64,000 nt of DNA. It comes from Pseudomonadota bacterium. Its GTDB lineage: Bacteria > Pseudomonadota > Alphaproteobacteria > Sphingomonadales > Sphingomonadaceae. Below, in pieces: positions 1 through 8,053 of the stretch. Under the pieces are notes generated by a model. It worked only from the letters and a program-made list of their open reading frames with translations, searched no databases and was not told the origin of the DNA. The stretch spans positions 2,999 to 66,998 of the forward strand of contig JAEZHP010000030.1 in the NCBI GenBank assembly GCA_023416515.1, given 5' to 3'. A program made the position numbers and the translations under genes. Within the stretch, counting starts at the first letter, position 1. Every line of letters starts with the position of its first letter.

Positions 1-23
1 GATCAAAGCTCGCACCTTCAAGC

Positions 24-1037
24 TCAGCCCCCCGTCACGCTCATGTGGCGGGGCACTGCAGGTGGCGCTGAAGCCACGATGCGGAAGTCGTGACGCCGCG
101 GCTTGCCGGCGAGCAGCCGGTCGAGCAGCGCGGCGACCGCCGCCTCGCCGCCCTCGCGCAGCGCATGCCTGAGCTCGACCTTCTGGTCGTGGCCGAGGCA
201 GCCATAGACTGTGCCGGTCGCCGCCACCCGGATGCGGTTGCAACCGTCGCAGAAATTGTGGGTGAGTGGCGTGATCAGGCCGAGCCGTGCGCCGATCCCG
301 TCGACGTCGTAATAGCGCGCTGGTCCGCCGGTCCTCCGCAGCGAGGGTACGAGCGTGAAGCGCTCCTCGAGCCTGCGCTTAACGCGGTCGAGCGGCAGAT
401 AGTGGCTGGTGCGGTCCTCCTCGACCTCGCCGAGCGGCATCGTCTCGATGAGCGTGAGGTCGAACCCCTCCCCCGCGCACCATAGCAGCATCTCCTCGAT
501 CTCGTCTTCGTTGAGGCCGGCGAGCCCCACCATGTTGATCTTGATCTGAAGGCCGGCCTCGCGCGCGGCGGCGATTCCTCGAAGCACCTGGGCGACGTCT
601 CCGCCGCGGGTGATGTGGGCGAAGCGTTCGGGCCGGCGGCTGTCCAGGCTGACATTGATGCGCCGGACACCGGCCGCATGGAGCCCTTTCGCGAAACGCT
701 CGAGCTGGGTGCCGTTGGTGGTGAGCGTGAGCTCGTCGAGGCCGTCGCCGATCCGTCGCCCGATCCAGCCGACAAGATCGAGGATGCCGCGCCGGACCAG
801 CGGCTCGCCCCCTGTCAGGCGGATTCGGCGGACTCCGCGGGCGATGAAGATGTCGGCGAGTTCGGCGACTTCCTCGAGCGTGAGGATGTGGCGCTTGGGG
901 AGGAATTGCATATTCTCAGCCATGCAATAGCGGCAGCGAAGGTCGCAGCGGTCAGTAACCGAAATCCGCACGTAGCTGATGTTTCGGCCGAAGCTATCGA
1001 TCAGTGCCGAGTGTGCGCCCACGCCCCCCGTCCTCAT
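24..1037 (-). CDS. moaA: GTP 3',8-cyclase (molybdenum cofactor biosynthesis)
   Basis: LIDSFGR..YVRISVTDRCDLRCRYCM radical-SAM motif, FCDGCNRIR second cluster, C-terminal MSVTGG; start trimmed to ATG at 1037. Confidence 0.95.
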   Translation of the reverse strand: MRTGGVGAHSALIDSFGRNISYVRISVTDRCDLRCRYCMAENMQFLPKRHILTLEEVAELADIFIARGVRRIRLTGGEPLVRRGILDLVGWIGRRIGDGLDELTLTTNGTQLERFAKGLHAAGVRRINVSLDSRRPERFAHITRGGDVAQVLRGIAAAREAGLQIKINMVGLAGLNEDEIEEMLLWCAGEGFDLTLIETMPLGEVEEDRTSHYLPLDRVKRRLEERFTLVPSLRRTGGPARYYDVDGIGARLGLITPLTHNFCDGCNRIRVAATGTVYGCLGHDQKVELRHALREGGEAAVAALLDRLLAGKPRRHDFRIVASAPPAVPRHMSVTGG

Positions 1038-1098
1038 CAAACTGAACCTTTGGCTAATCTGGATTACGATCTGCCTAGCGCTTGGTTCCACCTGCCCT

Positions 1099-1112
1099 TT
1101 GATCTGAATCAA
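1099..1112. promoter_or_regulatory. Perfect FNR/FixK box between divergent moaA and the fnr-type gene
   Basis: TTGAT-CTGA-ATCAA matches TTGAT-N4-ATCAA exactly. Confidence 0.85.
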
Positions 1113-1203
1113 CGGGGCTGCCGGCGAGCAGGTTAGCCAAGCGGATCGTGCCAACGCAACAGTTCAGCCTCGACTGCCTCGCCCGTTTGCTGGTGTCCGA
1201 GCG

Positions 1204-1947
1204 GTGTGGCCGGTGAAAAGCGGCCAGGGCGTTCGCTTGGCAACGCTGCCCCGCGACCATCCCTGCGGGCGGTGCGAAGTCCGGCTCGAAACCTTCTGCG
1301 GCGCCCTCGAGGCGAAGGAGCTGGCCGAGTTCAAGGCGCTTGGGTCGACCGCCCGCGCCGAGCCCGGCCAATGCCTGTTCCACGAAGGCGATACGGCCGA
1401 GCTCGTGTTCAACGTCACCCGCGGCACGCTGAAGCTCTACCGGCTGCTGCCGGACGGGCGGCGGCAGATCGCGAGCTTCGTCCAGCCGGGCGATTTCCTC
1501 GGCCTGACGCTGGAGGAGGTCCACGCCTATACCGCCGAGGCGCTCGAACCGGTCGAATATTGCCGATTCCCGCGTGAGCGCTTCGACCGCTTCGCGGAGG
1601 AGCATCCCGAGATCGGCCGCGAGCTTTACGCCATGGCCGCGCACGAGCTTGCAGCCGCCCGCGAGCAGATCGTCCTGCTCGGCCGCAAGACGGCGATCGA
1701 GCGGGTGGCGAGCTTCCTTCTCGCCCGCTTCGACCGGGTCCGCGCCCGCAATCCGGACTGGGAGATCGTTCGGCTGCCGATGACCCGGACCGACATCGCC
1801 GACCATCTCGGCCTCACCAAGGAAACGGTGAGCCGCGCCGTCACCGCGCTGCGCCGGCGCGGCCTGATCGCGCTCATCCCCGGCGATCGGGTCGAGCTGC
1901 TCCGGCGCGAACGGCTGGAGCAGCTCGCCGGCGGCGCGTGCGGCTGA
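1204..1947 (+). CDS. Crp/Fnr family regulator, FnrN/FnrL type (probable [4Fe-4S] O2 sensor)
   Basis: N-terminal C-x2-C-x7-C (HPCGRCEVRLETFC), further Cys in VEYCRF, recognition helix LGLTKETVSR; start uncertain. Confidence 0.88.
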   Translation: MWPVKSGQGVRLATLPRDHPCGRCEVRLETFCGALEAKELAEFKALGSTARAEPGQCLFHEGDTAELVFNVTRGTLKLYRLLPDGRRQIASFVQPGDFLGLTLEEVHAYTAEALEPVEYCRFPRERFDRFAEEHPEIGRELYAMAAHELAAAREQIVLLGRKTAIERVASFLLARFDRVRARNPDWEIVRLPMTRTDIADHLGLTKETVSRAVTALRRRGLIALIPGDRVELLRRERLEQLAGGACG

Positions 1948-4176
1948 TCAACCGCACTTGGAGAAGCCGCACTCCAGGCAATTGCTGCACCCTTCCATCT
2001 TGATCATCCCCGCCGCGCCGCATTGCGGGCAGCTCGGCCCCGGCCGAGGGGCGGCGGCCGTATCGGCTTCCTCGATGACCGGGAGCAAAGGCTCGGCCTG
2101 GCCGAGGTGACGCTCGATGACCCCGCCGATCGCGGCGAGCAGCGACGGCACATATTTGCGCTGCATCCAGGTGCCGCCGCGCGGGTCGAACACCGCCTTC
2201 AGCTCCTCCGCGACGAACGACACGTCGCCGCCGCGGCGGAACACCGCCGAGATCATCCGGGTGAGCCCGAGCGTCCAGGCATAATGCTCCATGTTCTTGG
2301 AGTTGATGAAGATCTCGAACGGGCGCCGACCGCTCGGCGTGTCGATGTCGTTGATGGTGACATAGACGGCGTGCGGGCTGTCGGGCCATTTGAGCTTGTA
2401 GGTCGTGCCCTCAAGCGCCTCGGCGCGCGGCGCCAGCACCGGCTCCGCCATCGGCGCCGGCTCGGCAATGGCCGGCGTCTTGTCCTCAACGGACAGGACC
2501 GATCCGGTCACCGCGTTCGGGCGGTAGGTGGTGAGGCCCTTGCAGCCGAGCTGGTAGCCCTCGACGTAGATGTCCGCGAAATCCTCGAAGCCGATATCCT
2601 CGGGGCAATTGACCGTCTTCGAGATCGAGCTGTCGACCAGCTCCTGCGCTGCCCCCTGCATCGCCAGGTGATCGGCGGGCTTCAGCGTCTGGGCGCTGAC
2701 GAACAATTCCTCCGGCGGCGGCGCGTCGCCCTTGACGCTGCGCCACACCCGGAGCGCGTAATCCTCGACCTTCTCCTCGCGCGTGGAGCCGTCGGGCTGG
2801 CGGATCTTGCGCGTGTAGGAATAAGCGAAGACCGGCTCGATACCCGACGAGACGTTGCCGGCGAGAAGCGACGTCGTGCCGGTCGGCGCGATCGAGGTGA
2901 GGCAGCCGTTCCTGAGCCCGTGCTCGGCGATCAGAGCGCGGGTCTCGTCGTCGAGGCCCGCCAGGTTCGGCCGGTCGAGCATGACCGCGTCGTAGAGCGG
3001 GAACGGCCCCTTCTCGGCCGCGAGACGGGCCGATGCGCGATAGGCCTCGCGCTTGATGATCGCCAGCCAGCGGCGGGTGAGCTCGACCGACGCTGGGCTG
3101 CCATAGGCCGCGCCGCAGAATAGGAGCGCGTCGGCGAGGCCGGTGATGCCGAGGCCGATCCGGCGCTTGGCCTTGGCCTCCGCCTCCTGCTCGGGCAGCG
3201 GGTAGCGCGAGATGTCGATCACGTTGTCGAGCATGCGCACGGCGGTCTGGGTGAGACCGGCCAGCGCCGCCTCGTCGACCTCGGCGTCCGCCTCGAACGG
3301 CCGCTCGACAAGGCTTGCGAGGTTGATCGAGCCGAGCAGGCAGGCGCCGTAGGGCGGCAGCATCTGCTCGCCGCACGGATTGCTCGCGCTGATCTCTTCG
3401 CAATAGCCGAGATTGTTCGCCTCGTTGACGCGGTCGACGAAGATCACGCCCGGCTCGGCGCTGTCATAGGTGGCGCGCATCAGCTTGTGCCACAGGTCGC
3501 GCGCCCGGACGGTGCGATAGGTCTCGCCGCCGAACACCAGCGGCCATTCCGCATCGGCGGCGAGCGCCGCCATGAAGGCGTCGGTCACCAGCACCGAGAT
3601 ATTGAAGTTGCGGAAGCGGTTGGGGTCGCGCTTGGACTCGATGAACGCCTCGATGTCGGGATGGTCGATGCGCAGGCAGCCCATCATTGCGCCGCGGCGT
3701 TGGCCGGCCGAGTGGACCGTCCGACACATCGAGTCCCAGCAGTCCATGAAGGACAACGGCCCGGAAGCCTCGGCACCAACTCCGACGACGGCGCTGCCGT
3801 TGGGTCGGATGGTCGAGAAATCCATTCCGACTCCGCCGCCCTGCTGCATGGTCACCGCCGCCTCGCGCAGATGGGCGAAGATGCCCTCCAGGCTGTCGGG
3901 AATGGTGCCCATGACGAAGCAGTTGAACAGAGTGACGGCGCGGCCGGTGCCGGCGCCGGCAATGATCCGGCCCGCGGGGATGAAGCGGAAGTCGCGGATA
4001 GAGTCGAAGAATCGCGCCCGCCACGCGTCGCGAGCCTGCTCCGGCTCGGCCTCCGCGACCGCTCGGGCGACGCGCGCGGCGGTCGCCGTGAAATCCTCGT
4101 CCGCCTCGCCTTCGCGCGGCACGTAGCGATACTTGGCGCTCCAGATTTCCTCAGCGATCGCGACATCGAAGCCCAT
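1948..4176 (-). CDS. nrdJ: Class II adenosylcobalamin-dependent ribonucleotide reductase with C-terminal TSCPD-like domain and Zn ribbon
   Basis: FNCFV, SNPCGEQ, IAPTGTTS, SSGIEP, SISKTVN, KGLTTYR motifs; terminal CPQC..CSNCLECGFSKC; GGGAGG RBS before ATG 4176. Confidence 0.93.
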   Translation of the reverse strand: MGFDVAIAEEIWSAKYRYVPREGEADEDFTATAARVARAVAEAEPEQARDAWRARFFDSIRDFRFIPAGRIIAGAGTGRAVTLFNCFVMGTIPDSLEGIFAHLREAAVTMQQGGGVGMDFSTIRPNGSAVVGVGAEASGPLSFMDCWDSMCRTVHSAGQRRGAMMGCLRIDHPDIEAFIESKRDPNRFRNFNISVLVTDAFMAALAADAEWPLVFGGETYRTVRARDLWHKLMRATYDSAEPGVIFVDRVNEANNLGYCEEISASNPCGEQMLPPYGACLLGSINLASLVERPFEADAEVDEAALAGLTQTAVRMLDNVIDISRYPLPEQEAEAKAKRRIGLGITGLADALLFCGAAYGSPASVELTRRWLAIIKREAYRASARLAAEKGPFPLYDAVMLDRPNLAGLDDETRALIAEHGLRNGCLTSIAPTGTTSLLAGNVSSGIEPVFAYSYTRKIRQPDGSTREEKVEDYALRVWRSVKGDAPPPEELFVSAQTLKPADHLAMQGAAQELVDSSISKTVNCPEDIGFEDFADIYVEGYQLGCKGLTTYRPNAVTGSVLSVEDKTPAIAEPAPMAEPVLAPRAEALEGTTYKLKWPDSPHAVYVTINDIDTPSGRRPFEIFINSKNMEHYAWTLGLTRMISAVFRRGGDVSFVAEELKAVFDPRGGTWMQRKYVPSLLAAIGGVIERHLGQAEPLLPVIEEADTAAAPRPGPSCPQCGAAGMIKMEGCSNCLECGFSKCG

Positions 4177-4232
4177 CCTAATCCTCCCAACATGTTGTGG
4201 CGATCGGATGGCACTCCTCAATATGCGGTGGA

Positions 4233-4246
4233 TTGATCCATCGCAT
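4233..4246. promoter_or_regulatory. Candidate FNR/FixK box upstream of nrdJ
   Basis: TTGATCCATCGCAT, one mismatch to TTG(A/C)-N6-(T/G)CAA. Confidence 0.5.
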
Positions 4247-4302
4247 TGCGTGGGGAAAAAAGTGCCTCGCGGAAGCGAGTTGCCGCGTGCGAGCGCGAGC
4301 GA

Positions 4303-4626
4303 TCAATCAAACATGATGTGGAGAAGCAGAGCCGAGTCCTCGGTCGCGTGGAGCGCGTGCGAGGCGCCACGATCCAGGTAAATCCAGTCTCCCGCCCGAA
4401 GCTTGATCTGGCCGGCGGCCTCGAGAAGCACATGACCTTCGAGACAGTAGAGCGTGACGAAGCCGTCCACCTTGTGGGACGGGATTGACGTCCCAGCCGG
4501 GATGACCAGACGGACCGCCTCGAAGCGATCCGACTTCACAAGCGCCGCAGTCTTTTCGTTCGCACCGCCGCGACCGGGCGCCTGAAGGTGAATGACCTCG
4601 CCCGGCTTCGCGTGCTTCAATGCCAT
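4303..4626 (-). CDS. Cupin domain protein
   Basis: IPAGTSIPSHKV..LEG..LRAGDWIYL..SHALHA cupin pattern. Confidence 0.8.
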   Translation of the reverse strand: MALKHAKPGEVIHLQAPGRGGANEKTAALVKSDRFEAVRLVIPAGTSIPSHKVDGFVTLYCLEGHVLLEAAGQIKLRAGDWIYLDRGASHALHATEDSALLLHIMFD

Positions 4627-4892
4627 GGCTGGACCTCCGGAAGAGCCTGTTCGCCAGGAACACGGCTTGTCCGCAGCCTATCGACCACGGCCTCGATAAG
4701 CCGTCTGTGAATCTCGGACATCCGCCGTTCGGCGGCATCTTCGCCATCAACCACGCAAACGCAGAAAGCTTCCGACACCGCTTCGGACGCAACAGCCGCG
4801 ACAGAGCGCGGATCGTCACCGAGGCGCTTGCGCGCGATCTCCACCGCCTTGTGAAGCGCTTCCGGGGTTATCGCCTCGCCATATTCCATCAT
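4617..4892 (-). CDS. Hypothetical protein
   Basis: 91-aa ORF overlapping the cupin start, protein-like composition. Confidence 0.55.
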   Translation of the reverse strand: MMEYGEAITPEALHKAVEIARKRLGDDPRSVAAVASEAVSEAFCVCVVDGEDAAERRMSEIHRRLIEAVVDRLRTSRVPGEQALPEVQPWH

Positions 4893-5071
4893 TGACGTTC
4901 CCCGTGTGGCTCAAGCGTCAATACGAGTGTTCCGCGCCATGCTTTTAGCAGGTCTCGAACTGTCGGTGCTCTTCGAGGGGCGCTCGGTCGGCGCGTATCG
5001 AGCGGCCCAGGCGCCGCCACTTCACCACATTCAGGACAAATCACCTCGTTTCTCCTGCTAATGATTATCAT
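4889..5071 (-). CDS. Small hypothetical protein (CPEC motif)
   Basis: ATGA-type overlap with the downstream gene; true start may be the internal GTG (VICPEC) after AGGAGA. Confidence 0.3.
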   Translation of the reverse strand: MIIISRRNEVICPECGEVAAPGPLDTRRPSAPRRAPTVRDLLKAWRGTLVLTLEPHGERQ

Positions 5072-5075
5072 TAGC
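5057..5075. promoter_or_regulatory. Perfect 9-1-9 palindrome resembling a Fur box
   Basis: GCTAATGAT-T-ATCATTAGC; 16/19 identical to GATAATGATAATCATTATC. Confidence 0.6.
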
Positions 5076-5082
5076 GCGCCTA

Positions 5083-5096
5083 TTGGGACGGGTCAA
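5083..5096. promoter_or_regulatory. Candidate FNR/NnrR-type box upstream of nnrU
   Basis: TTGGGACGGGTCAA, one mismatch to TTGA-N6-TCAA. Confidence 0.4.
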
Positions 5097-5148
5097 GGCT
5101 TAAGATGAGGCGTTTGCGCAGCATTGCTGTGCGGGTTAACCAGCCCAC

Positions 5149-5838
5149 ATGCTCGAGTTCATACTCGCCTTGGCTGCCTTTCTCGCCGCGCATGTCGTCC
5201 CGGCGCGTAGCGGCCTGCGAGCGGCGCTCGTGGCGCGGCTCGGTGAGCGCGCCTATCTGATCGGCTATTCCCTGCTGTCTCTAGCGCTGCTCGCCTGGCT
5301 GATCGCCGCCGCAACTCGCGCTCCGGTGGTGCCGCTCTGGCCCACGACGCTCGAGCATTATCGAGTAGCGTTCGTCCTGATGTTGCCGGCTTGCATTCTG
5401 ATGGTCGGCGGCGCGGCGAGCCCGAACCCGTTGTCGGTGAGCTTCGCCTCGGCAGGGTACGAGCCCGCCGCGCCCGGCGTCGTCGGCGTGACGCGCCACC
5501 CGCTGCTGTGGGGCTTCGCCTTGTGGGCGATCGCGCACATCCTGCCCAACGGCGAGCTGGTGCCGCTGATCATGTTCGGGGGCTTCGGCCTGTTCGCCCT
5601 GGTAGGCATGACGATCGTCGACCGGCGCAAGCGGCGCCAACTCGGCGACGAGTGGAAGCGGCTCGCCGCACCGACCTCGACCTTCCCGTTCGCCAGTTGG
5701 TTTCGCCACCGGGCGGCAAGGCGCTGGCGGCGGGGCGCGACGCTGGTGACTCTGGCGGGCGGAACTGCGCTTTATCTTCTCTTGCTCTGGCTCCACCCGC
5801 GCATCATCGGCCCGGATCCCACGGCCGTCCTGCTATAG
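5149..5838 (+). CDS. nnrU: NnrU family membrane protein
   Basis: GERAYLIGYSLLS, VTRHPLLWGFALWAIAHILPNG, DRRKRR..W..TS.FPF motifs. Confidence 0.88.
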   Translation: MLEFILALAAFLAAHVVPARSGLRAALVARLGERAYLIGYSLLSLALLAWLIAAATRAPVVPLWPTTLEHYRVAFVLMLPACILMVGGAASPNPLSVSFASAGYEPAAPGVVGVTRHPLLWGFALWAIAHILPNGELVPLIMFGGFGLFALVGMTIVDRRKRRQLGDEWKRLAAPTSTFPFASWFRHRAARRWRRGATLVTLAGGTALYLLLLWLHPRIIGPDPTAVLL

Positions 5839-7026
5839 GCCGTTGTCGGCGCGCGGTGCGCACAGGATCGGGCCGTACGCGAAAAGGAAGATGAGGAAAG
5901 CGCCCCCCCAGGCGACGGCCGAGACTTCCATGCCTAAGGTATAGTCGATGAAGCCGAGCGGTGCGGTGACCCGGAGCAGCGCGCCCAGAGTCACCAGTAC
6001 GTAGAGCAGGGTTGTCGCCGGACTCGCGCGCAGATCACGGCCTGTATGTCCGAGGGTGGCGCGGGTCATCACCGCCAGAATCATCGTCGCGATCGCGCCG
6101 GCAGTCAGCGCGTGGATGGCTGCGGACCGCGGTACGGCCGCGCCGAGGATGGCAGCCCCGAGCAGAATGAGGCCGACGGGCACCCAGAAGTAGCCGACGT
6201 GAAGGATGAAAACGAGCGGATCCGCCACCGCCTTAAGTCCGCTCCAGCGTGCTAGGCGGAGCGCCTGCAACAGTCCGGCCGATACGAGCAGCACGCCGGC
6301 CATTGGCCCCTCAACCAGTACTACCCAGACGAACAATCCGGCCGCCGTCACCGCAATTGTCGTCACGTCAAAGCTGCCCGGCTGCTCCGGCAATCCTTGC
6401 TTGACGCCGCGCTTCGCAAGCCAATTGCGCGTGAAGGACGGGATGATCCTGCCGCCGATCAGAGAGATCATCACCACGACCAAGGCAAGACCCGATCGCC
6501 AACCGATCCCCTCGTCCGCGACGAGTCCGGCCGCCGCGGCATGGTCGAGCGCATTGGCCAGGCCGAACAGCAAGACCAGCCCGACGATCGGCACGTTGCG
6601 GTTCTTGGCGGCGAGCACCTCGCGCGCGCCGAGCCCCGCGAGGACGAGATAGAAGCCAACATCCAGTGCGGCAGCGACGCCCTGTCCGATCTCGGTCGAG
6701 CACAGCACCGCGAGCCGGGCAAGCGCCCACAGCGCGAACAGCGCAGCCAGCGGCACGCCGGCGATCGGCAGCCGCCCCGTCCAATTGGGAATCGCCGTTA
6801 AGAGAAAGCCGGCGACAACAGCGCCGACGAAGCCGAACAGCATCTCGTGGCGATGCCAGACCAGGGGATCGAGCGTGCTCGGAATTGTGGTCGCTCCGGC
6901 AAGTGCGGTTAGCCACAGGGTCAGAGCGACGATCGCCCATACAGCCCCGCCGAAGAAGAACGGTCTGAACCCGCCCCTCAGGAAAGCCGGAGCGGCCGCC
7001 ATACGCGACCGCCGCAGCGCCAGCAT
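5833..7026 (-). CDS. nnrS: NnrS family membrane protein (NO stress)
   Basis: GFRPFF, WHRHEMLFGF, GFLLTAIPNWTG, IGGRIIPSFTRNWL, HALTAG, MTRATLGHTGR; start could be 7026 or 7053. Confidence 0.92.
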   Translation of the reverse strand: MLALRRSRMAAAPAFLRGGFRPFFFGGAVWAIVALTLWLTALAGATTIPSTLDPLVWHRHEMLFGFVGAVVAGFLLTAIPNWTGRLPIAGVPLAALFALWALARLAVLCSTEIGQGVAAALDVGFYLVLAGLGAREVLAAKNRNVPIVGLVLLFGLANALDHAAAAGLVADEGIGWRSGLALVVVMISLIGGRIIPSFTRNWLAKRGVKQGLPEQPGSFDVTTIAVTAAGLFVWVVLVEGPMAGVLLVSAGLLQALRLARWSGLKAVADPLVFILHVGYFWVPVGLILLGAAILGAAVPRSAAIHALTAGAIATMILAVMTRATLGHTGRDLRASPATTLLYVLVTLGALLRVTAPLGFIDYTLGMEVSAVAWGGAFLIFLFAYGPILCAPRADNGL

Positions 7027-7099
7027 TCGTTCGCCTCGAGTCTCCAAGACCATGCTCCTCAAAGTCGCTGCCGGATTGCACTGGCTGTCCCACGACGAA

Positions 7100-7113
7100 T
7101 TGATCTGGCTCAC
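7100..7113. promoter_or_regulatory. Candidate FNR-type box between nnrS and the divergent gene
   Basis: TTGATCTGGCTCAC, one mismatch to TTGA-N6-TCAA. Confidence 0.5.
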
Positions 7114-7176
7114 TTCTTCGCGACGGCATCCCGCTAGATCAGCCCGACATTCAACGCATGCAAAGGAGCGGGTGAC

Positions 7177-7662
7177 ATGCGTCACGAGCGGGCCCTGGAC
7201 AAAGCCAGCTACAGCAAGGTGGAAGCGCCGTCCGTATGGACGTCGGGAGCGCAGCTGTCGCCGCTTCCGGTTACCGAGGTTGAAGAGCGCGAACCGGCGG
7301 CGCAGATGCCGACGCCTTCTGCGCCTGAAGTACCGGCCGCCGTCGGCGGAATGATCGCCCTCGCTTACGCGGCGCTGATCGGCGCTTTCGCCATCGCCAC
7401 GGTCGGCTCGGCGGAATCGCTCTTCGCGGTGACGATCAGTGCCTTGTTCGCAGTCGCATTCTTCACCGTTCCACGCATCTTTCTAGCGGTCGAGCCGAAG
7501 GCTAAGAAACGGTCCAGCTTCGACCGGTTCATGCTCGACGGTATCCAAACGTTGACCGGTCACAATTCTGGGCCGGCGGCGCTCGTCCAGATGCTGATCG
7601 TGCCGGTTCTCCTTACCTTCGCGGCTCTGGCAATGGGGATCGCTGCGGCGATCTACCTTTGA
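7177..7662 (+). CDS. Hypothetical membrane protein (about 3 TM)
   Basis: AAGGAG RBS, three hydrophobic stretches. Confidence 0.7.
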   Translation: MRHERALDKASYSKVEAPSVWTSGAQLSPLPVTEVEEREPAAQMPTPSAPEVPAAVGGMIALAYAALIGAFAIATVGSAESLFAVTISALFAVAFFTVPRIFLAVEPKAKKRSSFDRFMLDGIQTLTGHNSGPAALVQMLIVPVLLTFAALAMGIAAAIYL

Positions 7663-7971
7663 GCGGCAGGGGGAACACTCTTTTGCGATGCAGTGAAGCT
7701 TACGAGCCGGGCGACTTGTAACGGTCCCGGCTTCTAAGGAGCAGGGCGATGTCTTGCGAAGGGACGCTGGACAGGCTGGGCGATAGGAAGAGGATTATTC
7801 CAGCGGCCTGGCCTCGCACGTATCTGGCGGGATTCACGGTGCCAACGAGCGACCCCGAGAAAGCGGGTACCGAGGCTGAAGGCCATTCAGCCGTCCGTCG
7901 TCCGCCTTCCGAAAACCCCGAGTAGAAGTCGAATTTCCGATTTTGGCGCAATGCCGGACTTGTCTGCCAAT

Positions 7972-7987
7972 TACGTAACTTCCCGTA
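7972..7987. promoter_or_regulatory. TACG-N8-CGTA palindrome upstream of ccoN (candidate FixJ site)
   Basis: TACG-TAACTTCC-CGTA; same spacing recurs at five other promoters of the module. Confidence 0.6.
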
Positions 7988-8053
7988 TCCGCAGACCCAG
8001 CTCAACCTTCCTACAGGCCCGTACCAAGCCCGAATAGCGGGAGCGGGGTATCG

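Noticed and set aside
1..23. Possible start of a next gene (TTG AAG GTG CGA GCT..) downstream of moaA
   Set aside because: Only 7 codons visible; cannot be assigned
4177..4302. Cobalamin riboswitch upstream of nrdJ
   Set aside because: Region is short and lacks recognisable B12-box elements
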